Of a DNA stretch of 64,000 nucleotides, positions 39,157 through 52,809 are shown one piece after another; the stretch's first letter is position 1, and every line of letters starts with the position of its first letter. This stretch comes from Sphyrna mokarran (Eukaryota). The stretch is from contig JAGIQG010000001.1 in assembly GCA_024679065.1 (NCBI GenBank), positions 152,396,001 to 152,460,000 of the forward strand, written 5' to 3'. Under the pieces are notes generated by a model, which was not told where the DNA came from, searched no databases, and worked only from the letters and a program-made list of their open reading frames with translations. A program made the translations under genes and the position numbers.

Positions 39157-41045
39157 CCGTAGATTGCAGTGTGAAGCTGACTCAGTTTATAAGATTTTTT
39201 TAATTGTCACAAATCAAATCGTACTTCTGCATATACGGTGTATAAGCCAAATCCCCTTTCCAGCTGTGAAATGCTATTCTCATATCCAGAAATGCACTCG
39301 TAATGTTTTTATAATGTTAATAGCATGTGGAATCAAACAGGTGATAAGGGCTGTGTTGCAAAGATGATACATGGGACTTTAAGTATGTCCATGTGGAGTA
39401 GATCACACATGGCATGGCAAGTGACAAACAGAGATGGTTGTTCCAAGAAAACAAATGGAGTACAGAGTCACATTCGAGCTCAAGGTTGTAACATTTGCTA
39501 ACTCGTCAAATAACTGTGCTGCTGCGAGAGAATTCAATGTTAACGAAATCTGGTGTGAGAATGGAACAATAAGAAATCTGCTCTGAAGAAGATGCTGAAT
39601 GTGGCATGAGAATAGGCACCAGCTACTGGCCTGATCTTGAGAAGAATGCATCAGAATGTGTTCTTAAAAATCATTAGATTGGTTACATTGTCATCAGAAA
39701 TGCAATAGGCACATCTGCCTTGTGTGGGCCAAATCAAACCGAATTCAGCAAAGATTTCAGAGCAATTACCAGTTGGTGTAGCCACTTTATGGAACAAAAC
39801 ATTCTGGTATTGCAGCAGGAGAACATGATTGCATGGAGATTACTGAAAAACTCCATTGCCAGTTTCTAATGATTCATCAGGTAATGGGCAAAACATGAGT
39901 AACTATTAAATCACATTGGTCAAATGCCTATGAATTTTGATATGCCCAAACTATGGTGTGGAAAGTTTAAAAACAGTTCTCGTGAAAATACCAGGACATA
40001 AGGCAAGGGTCGCAGTAATGCTAGCTTGCATGGCTAACAAACTTGAAACCTATGCCAAACATCAATTTCTTGCAGAAGTTTCTGTGCATGTCTATATGAC
40101 AACAGTTGGATGAATGAGGAAGTGAAGTTATGGTTTGATAATGTGTGGAACAGATGTCTTTGTGGTCCATGCAAAGAATGCAGTTTATTAATGTGGAACA
40201 TATTCAGATCCCAAATGGTCAATGAAATCAAAAGCTATCTGCAAAGATATAGTGCTCCGATTGCATCCATTTTGATGTACGTTGTTCAATCTCTGGATGT
40301 GTACCTTAATAAGCCATTCGAGGATCATATTCATGTCTAATGGAATAGGAGGATGATTGACAAAGAAAACAGTCTTCATATAGAGTGGAAATATGCATAC
40401 TGCCCTGTTTGATATTTTATGTGGTTTCATTATCAAATTGTGGAATGTTGTTATTGCATCAAGTAATTGTTCAAAGAATGCAGAATATCCATTTCACTGA
40501 ATAGAAAGAAAGATGATGTGTTATGTAGGGATGATTCTGATGCTAAAAGTATCAGATCTGATTAAGAGTAGGATGACAATGCTAAAGTGATTAAGAATGA
40601 TTTTGATGAACTCTTTATGTTAAATGTCAAAGACAATGAATTTGAAACCAATCATTCTATAGTGTAAGGTACAATTAGGTAAACACGTGCTGCATTAATT
40701 TAGTGAGTTACTAGTACAGAAATGATGGGTCAAATGGCTTCCTGTGTTTATAACCATTCTATGATTTTATAAAGTGGTGCATCACTGAATAGTGTTAAAA
40801 AGCTCACGGATGTAAAAAAAAATGTTTCATTGTCTTTTAGACATCCTTTTTCTATAACATAATGTCACAAGTTCAGTTAAAGATATTGGTTAGCAATCAC
40901 AAGGTAGTTTGGATTGCAGATAATGCTAAATATATGTTGCACACATCAGGTTTTTTTTCAACTGCGTATTCTACATCATCTGTACACCAATTTAACGTAA
41001 TTAATTAAAAAAAACTGATAATTATTTTGAATGCAGAAATTTATG
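39157..41045 (+). mobile_element. Decayed pogo-superfamily DNA transposon (POGK-like: Brinker DBD, CENP-B HTH, DDE)
   Basis: FELKVVTFANSSNNCAAAREFNVNE (BrkDBD), WPDLEK...GYIVIRNAI and DFRAITSWCSHFM (HTH), PMNFDMP, KTVLVKIPGHKARVAVMLACMA, WMNEEVKLWFDNVWN...SLLMWNIFRSQ...VQSLDVYLNKPFEDH (DDE). Left end TA|CCGTAGATT; right end uncertain. Confidence 0.82.
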
Positions 41046-43159
41046 ATGGCCTGCACTGCCTCAAAGAATGGTGGAAGCTAAGTTAATATAACTTTTAGGA
41101 AGAAATTTGGTATATATACTTGAAAAGGGACAATTGAGATGACTTTTTCTTTATCTTGAGCATAATGATAGAGAATAACTTCCATTTGTGTTGTATGATT
41201 TATTTAAGTGGACATTTATTTCCCATATCAGTGCTTTATTATGTAATACTCTTAGGCATCAAGAATGGCTTAGAAGCTTGTTACATACACCTGAATAGCT
41301 TCATCTTACCCTGTTAATCTCTTCCTCACTTATATATGTCTTGACCATTTCATTGATTATACAATGGTCTGTTTTCCTCAAATTTCAGACATTCCCCATT
41401 TTGTTTCTTCTGGGCTTTAAATACACTTCTACATAATCTCCTCCATCCGACTATCAGAGTTGAAGTTATGATGATTTATGGTGCCCTCCAATCTAAATAA
41501 TCTAAATGCTCTTTATTCGGAATAGCCCCAGCTGGCCGCAGATTTTCTCACAGCGGAGATGGCTCATCATCAGCTGCCGACAAGATTATCTGCTCCTGCT
41601 GAAATTGGTGGTGATTTATACTGCTCGCTTGTGCTGCCATCAAAAAACCCAGAGTGATGACCGTGGTGGTGGTGTTGTGGTCGAAGGGATAGAGATTAGT
41701 TTCTTTTATCTCTCTGCCTTCCTGTTAATTATCTCTCCTTAGTTTACTTCATCATGCTAAACTCTGTGCTTCATCTTGTAAGCTGGAGCCATCCATTTGG
41801 GTTTCTGGGTTTAAACTGAAGACATAGTCCAAGATAACTTTCACAACAAAAAAAATTCTGTTCATTTTTACTTAAAAAGCATTGTCCGAAAATGTGAATG
41901 AAAAATGCACATTCTGTCTCTGTTACGTTAAATAATACTGCCCTGTGAAATGATCTAACAAGCCACTCACTTGTACACACTTGAGCAATGAGTGCTGGAA
42001 TTGCCAACTCTGCCCATAACCCATGAATTGATGAAGAAATTGTAAATGAGACCCACGTTTCTCTGAAAAACTTCTTCCAAGTGCTAATTCTGACTTTAAT
42101 AGGTGCTGTTGCAAAAGTATTTTCAACACCTAAAGGTGTCCTGCCTCCTGTTCTTTACAATAGCTATACAATAACAAGGTGGTAATCACCAAATTGCTCA
42201 AAAGATTTTATGAATTTAGTTTTTTCTGCCATTTGTTTCTTCACAAAGATCTCTAACGTTGAAGAGGGTTTGGAGTTCATATCTGAGATTTGACGCTCTA
42301 ATTATTTCAAGTATTTCCCATTCCCTTTTAATAACAATGTAAACATTCTAATTATTAACAGCTGCATTTGGCTCCTTTTAGTTTAAAAAAGCAATTTAAT
42401 TTTAAAATTACCACCTGCATTGTGGTAATGGTAATTAGAACACTTACATTTTTTTGTTAGCTGAGAGACCGACGTAGAAACACATGTTGTAGTAATAGCC
42501 TGAATGTGGAGGATTCAGTATTTACAGAGATTCTTAAAGTCATTAAACGAGTCTTATTAAAATAGGATTCATGTCCCTGACACACATCACCCATCTCAAG
42601 CTAAAACACTCCCATTCTGCTCAGTGCTAATGGATGCCAGGGACTCTTGCAGCACTCAGCTGCATTTCTGACTTGATCTTAAGATGCGCCAAAACTCAGC
42701 TTCCCTTAGAAATGATACTAAATCAAAGGACACAACATCCCATGCCCCAATGCAGTAATTATCTGTTGAATTCAGTTCTGCTGAATCCAGAGGCTATTCC
42801 CCAGTCCTCAAATGTTCAGGACTGTACTCAACAGACTGCAGTACGAAAACTAGATTGAAACTCCACTGCAGCACTGAGGGAGCAATACACAGTTTGTGCC
42901 ATGTGTTGGAAGAGGCATTGGAACGAGATTCTGTCACCCCCTTCTGTGGATAGATGCACTTCAATGTATGCAGGGTGCTGATTTACTGATACAAGTAGCT
43001 CTATGGGAATATTGTGGGCAATTGGGGATGGGTAACAAATGCTGTCCTCGCAGAAGAACAAAAGTATTGTGGTGGTAACGGAGACCAGGTCCAAAAGAAA
43101 GGCAGGATTGGGTAGAAAACATTCACGGAAATAAAGTGATCAAGAAAGATTCTTTCTTC

Positions 43160-43550
43160 ACTTTATGGAATGTGATTGTCACTGGCAAGGTCAGTAGTTG
43201 TTGCCCATCTCTAATTGCCCTTGAGAAAGTGTTGCTTTCTTGAACCATAACAATCCATGATGTTGATGAGTTGCTGCAGTGCATCTTGTAAATAGTATGT
43301 CTTGCTACCAGAGGGCACTAGTGAAGAAGAGGTCAATTGTTCAAGTAGGTGGATGGTGTGCTGATTAGGTCAGCTACTATGTCCTTGATGGTATCAAACC
43401 TCAGTATTGTTGGAGCTGCACATGTCCAGGCAATTGGAGAGTATTTCATTATGCTCCTGACTTGTGCCTTGTAGATGGTAGGCAGGCTTCAGCAAGCCAG
43501 GAGGTGTATTTTACATGCCAAAAAATTTCCAACCCTTAATCTGATCTTGT
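43160..43550 (-). mobile_element. CR1/L2-group LINE fragment
   Basis: GTTGGAGCTGCACATGTCCAGGCAATTGGAGAGTATTTCAT...GACTTGTGCCTTGTAGATGG, same family as 20045. Confidence 0.7.
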
Positions 43551-43589
43551 AGTAAAGAAGTAAGGATAAAAAAAATGCAGATACTGAAC

Positions 43590-44770
43590 ATAATCTTTTT
43601 TAATTCTCCTTTTTGTACCGGGATAGTGCCAGAAAACTGGAGAATTGCAAACATTTCATCCTCATTCAAAATGGTGTAAGATTAAATTCACATTTAAAGG
43701 CCACTAATTTAACTTCTGTGCTGGAAAGATTTCAGAAACAATTACCCAGGACAAAACTGACATATTGGAAATTGTTGATTAATTAGGGAAAGGCCAGCAT
43801 GGATTAGGCAAATAATGTTTAACTAATTTGGTTGCTATTTTGATGAGAATACAGAGATGATTCATGAGGGCAATATAGTTGATGTGGTGGACGTAACAAT
43901 AATCTGCCCAAGGGCAGACCCACTCTTTATATGCCTTGCTGTTTTGTGCATTTCTTTTCAAAATGCTTGTAAGAGTTTCTCATTTTCAGTCTCAATGAAC
44001 ATTGAGCAATAAGCCTTGGGGAAAGAATACACAGGTTCTTCTCATTACATTCCTAATATGAGCTTAAAGAAAACAAGTCCTCTTTTCAAAGGAACCTCCC
44101 TCTGCTTGTAGATAATCATGTCCCTCAAGTCCAAAGTTGATTGCCATGGTAAATTGCCCTATAGTGTCTGGGGAACCAGCTGGATAAATATGTGGGGTTA
44201 TAGGGATAGGGCTTGGGTAGATTGTGGTCAGTGCAGACTTGATGGGCCGAATGACTACCACCTACACTATTGGATTCTAAGTTCCAGCTCTTTCCCCACC
44301 TCCTTAGAAAATTCACTGGCCCCATCATTGGCCTGAGCATGGGACTCTTATCTGTGATGACCATCCCTGAAGTTTCAAATGATCCTGCTATCCTAAATGC
44401 GGTGTGTGTGTATATATAGATTTTCAAAATTTGCTTGATTTAAATATTCTGTAATCATTTTCCTAGCAAGGTTGAAGCCTGCTTAATAAAAGGGACAGTG
44501 GCAGCATGGATACAAAGTTAGGTGAATATCAAGAAACAGATAACAGTTGTTTTTCAAACTGGGGAAGACATGTGTGGTATTCACCACGAGTTGGTACCGA
44601 GGTCACTGCTTTTCTTGACATATTAGTTGACCTAGAATTGGGCGCAATTTCAAAATTTGCAGAAAACCAAATTTGGAAGTATTGTGAACTATGATGAGGA
44701 TAGTGATCAAGTTCTCAAAGTCGTAGGTAGTCCAGCAGAATGAGTGGACATATGGCAGATGAAATGTGAT
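43590..44770 (+). mobile_element. Decayed CR1 RT region, interrupted by other inserts including an HE1 3' half (about 44140-44278)
   Basis: PENWRIANI, GQHGLGK, VDVV, ISKFAE and WQMK remnants. Confidence 0.6.
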
Positions 44771-45280
44771 AAAATTGTCTTTAGTACTAGGTTTTGGTAA
44801 TTAAATGAAAATGGGGATGATACACCCCAGCCTCGTTAGTCATAGCAGGCCTGAACCATGTTCTTGGAAACCATGTGTTCCCCCTCTGGATCACCACACG
44901 ACTCATGTAGTCACAGTAGGGGACAGACAATCGAGTTGCATGAACCCTTGATTTACTCTTTGCCTGGATCTGTTAATGGACACCTTGGCCGGGTCATCCT
45001 CCCTCCTTGCTACCTCCTCCATGTCAGATGACCGAGGATGAGAAGCCTTGGGTTAATGTGCAGTCAAAAGCTAAGGAGCAGTCCCTTCAAATTGGTAAAA
45101 AGGCTGCAATGCTGGAGAATCTACATAAACATAGCTGTAGAAGAGACATGTGACCTGGGAGATTGTGATCAATCTTAATCTACAGTTGCCTGGTGTAGCT
45201 GCATGTAACATCCAACACATCTGGACCCCAAAGGACAAAGGGAGGATTCTCACATAGTCCTCCACTGGGGACTTCGCTTG

Positions 45281-45390
45281 TGATGTGGAGATGTTGGGGT
45301 TGGACTGGGGTAAACAAAGTCAGAAGTCCAACAGGTTTATTTGGTAGTAAATACCACTAGCTTTTGGGGTTTGCCCTTTCGTCAGGTGAG
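45281..45390 (-). mobile_element. Penelope-like terminal repeat
   Basis: TGATGTGGAGATGTTGGGGTTGGACTGGGG...AGCTTTTGGGGTTTGCCCTTTCGTCAGGTGA; minus strand gives CTGACGA-AAGGGCAAACCCC-AAAAGCTAG. Confidence 0.65.
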
Positions 45391-45479
45391 ATTAGGTGGG
45401 AGGTTCGGTGTTTTGCATGTATTCGTGCAGACCCGATGGGCCAAAGGGCCACTTCTGCACTACACGATTCAATGATTTG

Positions 45480-45790
45480 TAGCTTGGAACTGGGAGGTGG
45501 TGGTGGTGTTTCTGTGTTGTTCCCATGCTGCCTTTGTTCTTCTATGTGTTAGATATTGCAGGTTTGGAATGTGGTGTCAAAGAAATGTTAGTGAGTTGCT
45601 GCTCTGTGTCTTGTAGATGGTACACATTGCAGACATTTTGCACATGTGGTTGAGGAACTGAATGTTTAGGATAGTGGATGGGATGTCAACCCAGTGGTTG
45701 TTTTATCCTGGATGGTGTCAAACTTCTTTAGTCTTGTTTGGAGCTACATTTGGGCAAGTGCAGCATTTTCCATCACACTTTCCTGATCGT
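45480..45790 (-). mobile_element. CR1/L2-group LINE fragment
   Basis: Same family as 20045 and 43160. Confidence 0.65.
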
Positions 45791-46739
45791 GGGACAATAA
45801 TGTTTCAGATGTTTACGTTACTTCATCACTTCCTTTTACCACTTGCAGCATCATGGACTCTGAAGTGCCAAATGTAAAAGCGTTGGAATGCAAACCAAGT
45901 GTTTGAAAAGCATATCTGGTAGCATCTGTGGAGAGAGAAACAGAGTTAATGTTCTGAGTTGACCAGGACTCTTCAGAACTGTAAAAGCGATGATCGTGTG
46001 TTCCAAACGGATGTTAAGATTTAGCAGAATCAGCATCCAAGAACTGACATCTTTTTGCTATGCTAAGCAGGATTTCATAATGTGCAACAGACTTATAATT
46101 GCTCTTCAAACTACCATTTCTCATCAGCCTTACTACACTGTTCAGTTGTTATATTCTGGTGTAATTTTTCTCTTGCAGTCTTTTAGTCGCACTATTAATT
46201 TTAATTAAGATTTTAATGGACTCTTCTGAATAATTCATTTGCAAATAATGTGTTTAACTTCAGTCTCCTAAATGCATTTGTTCACTGATCTATTTTGTAG
46301 TTGCATCCTAAATTTTAAATAGTTTTTAGATTAATTTTATTCCTTATGATTTTTTTGAAGGGATATAATGTAAAACATTTCAATGTCCTTTCATTTTACC
46401 ATCAACAATATTTCTTCATTATTGAACAATAATTGCAGAACAGTATGAGTTGTTCATTGAAGTAGCAAACTCAGTTTTCTCGGAAGTGAGTTACTAGGGC
46501 TGTGTAACATGGTGTGAATTGACACAAGGAGGATTATCATTTCCAAAAACATTATTGGAAATATGCAGAACGTCAATCAGTTTTGAGGGGTGGAAGAAAG
46601 GAAGGTTAACACTTCTTAGGTGCTAGGAGAATCAGCTAAGCATTTCCCTTCATAATATGAATAAGGAAAACTTTGCCAAGAGAGGATAAACAAAGGTAGA
46701 AATAAATGTCCCCAATGTCCCTGGAAGATCCCAATGTTG

Positions 46740-47331
46740 GGGGAATATTTTAAGTGACCAGCATGCTGGGCAATAGGTTGGATAGAGGGCCCTCCACACT
46801 GTCAGCCTATTCAGAGGGTCAGCAGCTCTGCAGCCTTCGCAATGCCATCGTGAGAGATAACTGCTGCTGAGGCAGAACAAGAAATATGTGGGAACTTCCA
46901 TTTTGATGTGCCTTCAAAGGGTTGGCAAAAAATTTTTTAAAATTTTTTACTAGAGCCAACATTGCAATGGGAGGGAATTCCCTCCTGATTTGGCATTAGT
47001 GCTGCATGGGCAACTTTTGCCACTGGCAAACGCCTCCTTGGGTCACAGTGTCTCCATATCCCCTTCCTGCCTGAACCCCCATCCCAAATACACCAGAGGA
47101 GGCCACTTCACTTCAGCTGATGGTCTCCCCACGATTTGCCAGCAACTTTGTCAGCAGAAATGGTCCTGAAATTGTTTAAATTGGTCTCCCTGTCTCTGGT
47201 CAGCAAGCAGTCGTTCCTGCTACTGGGAATCTCCATAGCAGAAGGACGGTATCAGTGAGGTGTCCCAATGCAGAACCTCAGCCTTCTCCAGCTTCCTAAC
47301 CCACCACCTGGAAACGGGTAAAATTCTGCCC
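46740..47331. mobile_element. Harbinger-type MITE (left end uncertain)
   Basis: Right terminus GTAAAATTCTGCCC matches the family TIR. Confidence 0.5.
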
Positions 47332-48011
47332 CAAGCGTCTAAGTCTGTCAGTGCTCCAAGGCTTAATTATTTATCATCCCAGTTTTGGAAGCAGAGGAAA
47401 CCATTTGATTGATCCTGGCCATGCTAAATTTTCATCGAATCACTACACCACAGAAGGAGGCCATCAAGCCTACATTAACAATGATCCCACTCAGGCCTCG
47501 TCCCCATTACCACACATAATTATCCTGCTAATCCCCCTGTACTAAGGGGCCATTTAGCATGGCCAATTCACCTAACATGCATGTCTTTGCTTCTTATTTT
47601 CCTACCTCATTCCTAAACAAGCTAAACTTTGCTGCTTTCTAACCATATTCTTCCTCTTTAATAATATTGCTGCAAGAAATTTTATTATTTATTTTATGAA
47701 ACAAAAGGCCATAATAGGTGCATGATAAATTAATTTATGTAAACAGCCATTTTAAGATAATGAACCTTTTTTTTAAGGCCCAGCAGGAATTATTATAGTG
47801 GATGGCTCTCCCATTTTGTAGCTCTAACTTTAACAGAAAACTTCTTTATATGGTGGGTCTGGGACTTCTGCCAGTCTTCTGCATATACAGTAGATGGTCA
47901 GGGAAATACCACAGTAAATTTTGGTGTTCTTTTCACTCCATTCAGTGTACTTACAACCACCTTTTGAATCAGCATATAGCTGTGCATTGCAGAAAAGGGG
48001 TGCCTCGGGGG

Positions 48012-48490
48012 TGGAGATGTGTGGTTTACCGTTATTGACCGAGAATGAGTATGCCAGGGACTTAAGGTGATGGTCTGGGGACCTGGGCTCAAATCCCACC
48101 ACAGGATCAATAAAGGCCTGGAATTAAATGACCATGAAACCAACTTGTTGTATATGCTCATCTAGTTCATTTAATATCCTTTAGGGAATAAACTCTGCCA
48201 TTCTTATCTGGTCTGGCCTATGTGAGATTCCAGGCCCACATCAATGTGGTTGACTCTTAAATGCCTTCTGAAATATCCAAGCAAGCGTCTCGGTTGTATC
48301 AAACCACTCTGAAGTCTACAAGGAATGATACTGGATGGACCATTTGGCATCAATTTAGGCACCAGACCTACTGACCTTACAAAGTCTTTCTTATCAACAT
48401 ATGGGAGCTTGTGTGAAAATTTGGCTCAATTGCCCTCATGGGCAGTAAATGCCAGCCTAGCCAGGGATGTTCACATTCCCATAAATAAAA
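48012..48490 (+). mobile_element. Shark tRNA-derived SINE (family B, long form)
   Basis: B box GGCTCAAATCCC, conserved body, tail GCCAGGGATGTTCACATTCCCATAAATAAAA. Confidence 0.75.
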
Positions 48491-50728
48491 ATAATCCTCA
48501 GCCTCTTAAAATGTGCATACTATAACAATAGATTGCACCATCAGGAAATTAAAACAAGATGAGCAAAAATAATAATTGGTGCCCTATTTTGATTCTGCCA
48601 AGGCCAGTCAATTCCAAACCTCATTAAAGTTTTTGTTGAAACTTGGGACAGAAGAGCTGAATTTCAAGAGTGACTGCTCTTGACGCTAAAGCAACACTTG
48701 TGTACGTTTGGCACCAAGGAGCCTTAGTGAAATTCAAGTCAATGGGAATTTGTTAGAGTGCAATTGGTTGGTGTCATATCTAGCAGAGAGGAAAATTGCT
48801 ATAGTTATTGGAGGTTAATCATCTCAAGCTCAGAACATGACTACGGTAGTTGATTGGAGTAGTGACCTAGGCCCAACCATCTTCACCTGCTTTAACAGTG
48901 CCCTTCCCTCCATTATAAAGTTCAGACAACAGAGAGGGAGCTTGTTTTCTCTGCTGAAGACTTCCTTGACACCATCTATATCATTTGCAATCTGTCTCTA
49001 GTGGCTGAGCAGTCTTGCCTTGAAATATTTTACCCATTATGTATTTTCAAGAGGTTTTGGGCTTGCTTGTCCATGGAGCCATTATTTCATTATCCAGTAT
49101 GTTGCATCTTTAATATCTCTTCCTTAGACAGTTATGAATTAAGATGAGTGTTGGGATTATGGGAAATGTCCCACTCTTCACACTCCTATGAGACTGATTT
49201 GTTTGTTTCTCACCTTCACCTTGGAATGTGGCTTCGAATGTTTAAGCAATTTGCTCTTATTTTAAATTCTAAAATTTCCAGTCAGTTGAAGGTTAAACCA
49301 TCATGTTTTCAAAAATTAAGGGGCATATCCTCGTGATATTTTGATTCCAGTCCCAACAACACTCAAGGAGCTCAGTGCCATCCAAGAGAGAGCTTGATTG
49401 GCACTCTACCTTTAAACATTCAATCCATCCATGATTACTGCACAGTGCAGCAATGTGCACCATTTCCAAGATGCACTGCAGAAACTCATCAAGAATCTTT
49501 CACCAGCTTTTGAAGACCTGACATTCTTCATTACATCTGGACCAATGCCCCAATAAATGGAGGCAGGCATTCTGCCCTGCCAGCCTTGCCATTCATCTGT
49601 ATCTGTGGCCACCGCAGGTCTATGTTCAGAAGCAGCACATTTGACTACATTTATCCTATGATTCCCAGAATGAAAATATGCCAGAAAGGGGTCTTAAAGA
49701 TCTGCCATGCTGGGAAGTTTCCCAACTCAACATTCCTGTCTGCAGCACTGAATCCTACTCCAAGTATTAATATATTTGGCACCTAACATCTGTCATGTCA
49801 GGTATCAAAATTCATTGTAGCATATTATTTACATGATGTCCACCCACAGGCTCTTGCAGGAGGATGAAAGGAGAATTCATGGATGAAGGTCAGAAGTGGG
49901 AACTCGTAGAAATTTCTCTCCCTGGCTATATACAGGGATACCCTAACTCGCCATAGATCAACCAACAGACTGACGATTAAAACGGGACTTTTCATGTCTG
50001 CATGGGTCAGTACCCCACCACGTGATGTAATCAGAAATGAAATCATTGCAGCAAATTAGTACTCTTCAATCATGTACCAAATTGAGCATTGTTAATGCAA
50101 AGTTGTGTGACGCATTCCCACATGATTTGGTTTGCTGAACTGCCAGCTCAGACGTTTTTATGTTTAAAAGCATACTAGAACATGCATGCCTTTGGAAATG
50201 CCCAAGGCGTGTTTTATTACATGTCACATCGTCAAATCTTCAAACCTCTACAGCATTGGAGAAAATAGATCTGTCATTTAAAAACATGTTACTTTTAGTG
50301 ATCAGGAAGCAGATTATTTTTGACGTGCAAAGTCACGGAAAATTTTTGTCACATTGCGAGAAAGACCAAATGTGAATTTGGCTTTTGTTCTGAGATTGTG
50401 GTCTGGGCCCTCGATTTGGTGTTAGTGATGGTATAGGCAGGGGCTTGGAAATAAAGAAGTCCAGCTTTTTGTTACTGATTGCAGCGACTGAGTGCAAACA
50501 TAGATAGGAGCTGTGAATGTAGACTGCTGCAGTGGAGTTTTATTTGCAGATTGCTCTGTTGGGAGTTTTCAGACATTTTACAGGATAGGGAATGATTTCC
50601 AATATTTGGGAGATTTAATATGATTTTTGGGCACATTTTTCTCCAGTCAGTAATGAGAACCAACTGGTTAGTGTGAATACAACATTGAGAAATTCAATTG
50701 TTTCCAAAGAAGAATAAAACACTCACAT

Positions 50729-50846
50729 AGGCTGGAACTCTACCACCTCACCCAACATGGAATTGGCAAGGATCCGATGATGGAAATCTGTTTTCCTTGT
50801 GCGGGAATCTCTAGTCTCGCCTGCATGAGGCCATAAAATTCTGCCC
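50729..50846. mobile_element. Short Harbinger-type MITE
   Basis: AGGCTGGAACTCTAC ... ATAAAATTCTGCCC; right end shares AGGCCATAAAAT with the 8480-8534 element. Confidence 0.55.
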
Positions 50847-51339
50847 ACTATCTGAAATTTTGGAAATTGTACCAGAGATGTCTATTGTGTTTATACATTA
50901 AACTATGAATGGAACAAGGTCCTTTTTTTATATCAGAATAATTTTCTCATTAAGCAGTGAACTTGTGCGGTCATGTTAGTGAAGGGAATAGGTCGGATGA
51001 TGTGGCATTGATTAACACTGGGACAAAGGAGAAATAGCCTGAGAGAGAAGGTACACAAAAAAGGCGAAAGGGGAGAAACAACATAGACTTTGACATAAGG
51101 AAAGAAAGCAGCAGTGAAGCAGAGCAATTGTAAAACCCTAAGTAATATAAATGCTTGAATTTGTTGTTACTCCTGTAAATACACAGACTTAACTAGCATG
51201 TAATTTTACTGTTAGGCCTCCATGAATGTGTGATTGATCTGTCTGTAAATTATTGTGCTTCGTGGATGCTAGGCAATTGTGTGTGTCCTTTGGTTCCAAT
51301 GTTTATAGAAACCTTGAACTTAATATCACAGTTCTGATT

Positions 51340-51934
51340 GGGCAGAGTTTTCCACACTCCACAATGTGGGTTCAGAGGCAGGGGGACGGGGATGGGAGTA
51401 AATAGTAAAATTGAATGGATGGGATCCTCCTAGGAACCTGCATGCACAAATGATATTTCACACTTGAGTGGGCAGGGAACCCACCCGTTCACCTATTAAG
51501 TGGCCATTAGGTAGCCACTTAAGGCCCTTCTCCTGCCCAGTCACAGATTTTAAGCTGGCATGAGCAAGTGCAGGTGGGGTGGGAAACGAACATCTCCACC
51601 TTTTTTTTTCCAGGTCTCCCTCTCCATCTCCTATCACTGACACTGTGATCGCCCTCCTCCCAACGCCCCGAGACATTCTCTACCCTCCTGCCCCAGCAGT
51701 TACTGTAGCGCTGGGCCTGGGACTATCAGTGCTAATCACGGTAAGGCTATGCTGGTTGACCACTTTCACAGTGGGAATTCTTTCCAAGGATGGAATAACT
51801 CCTGCTGACTGTCAATCACTGCTCAGTTGAACAAGAAGTGCCAGTCAGAACATGAGTCAGTGGCTGTGAATTAGACGTCGACTCCTGGAATAGCAAGTGC
51901 CAATCGCTCACTCGCCATCCTTAAAATTCTACCC
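51340..51934. mobile_element. Harbinger-type MITE
   Basis: GGGCAGAGTTTT ... TAAAATTCTACCC termini, flanked by ATT and TTT. Confidence 0.65.
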
Positions 51935-52419
51935 TTTATTACCTACTTAAGGATGTATCACCTTTGGCCAAATTATTGTGCAACCAAATATACCAGTAAA
52001 AATAACAGTCACTATATCTTGAAACTCCCAATTTTTTCCTCAGCTAGTCTCTCCAACCTAAGTACATGGTCAGTGACCAGCGTCATCCCTTACAAGTGGC
52101 TTGGTAAAGGTGCAAAAATAGACTTGTGAAATTCACCTGAATTTCATACAGTCAACAACAAGTCTAATTAGTTACAAGCACAGACCATATTGATCTACTT
52201 TCTCAAGCACTAAGTGATAAGACTCATTGACTTGAGTGAGCAATGAATGCTTTTGCTGCATGCAAAAATCAGCTTGGCCTGAAGCTTAGTTAGAGCACAA
52301 GGTAGTACTGATTGAATTACATTAATGCCTGATCCATTCTAATCTGTTGACCTAACTTTCCCTCCTGCGTTCAATATCTGCCATGTGTTGGATTTTAAAA
52401 CCAAACCTACAAGAATGTC

Positions 52420-52680
52420 AGTGTTGCCTCCCAGAGCCAGGGACCCAGGTTCAATTCCTGACTTGGGTCACTGTCTATATTCTCCTCATGTTTGCATGGG
52501 TTTCCTTCAGGTGCTCTGGTTTCCTCCCACAGTACAAAGAAGTGCTGGTTAGGTGAGTTGGCCATGCTAAATTGCCACCTTGTGTACCCGAACAGGCACC
52601 GGAGACTCGGGGTGACTAGGGGATTTTCACAATAGCTGTGTTTAATGTAAGCCTTCTTGTGATGCTAATGAATCAGTAAA
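52420..52680 (+). mobile_element. V-SINE variant
   Basis: Same family as 18003. Confidence 0.75.
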
Positions 52681-52809
52681 TTTTAATGTGTAATTTTGCA
52701 TAGAATATACGAGGTGTTTTGAGATTTTACTTGTTTTCACATGCTGAGGAGCAACGCAAAAAAGCTCACCATGCTATCATTCAATGTAATAATATAAGCA
52801 CTCTATTGT

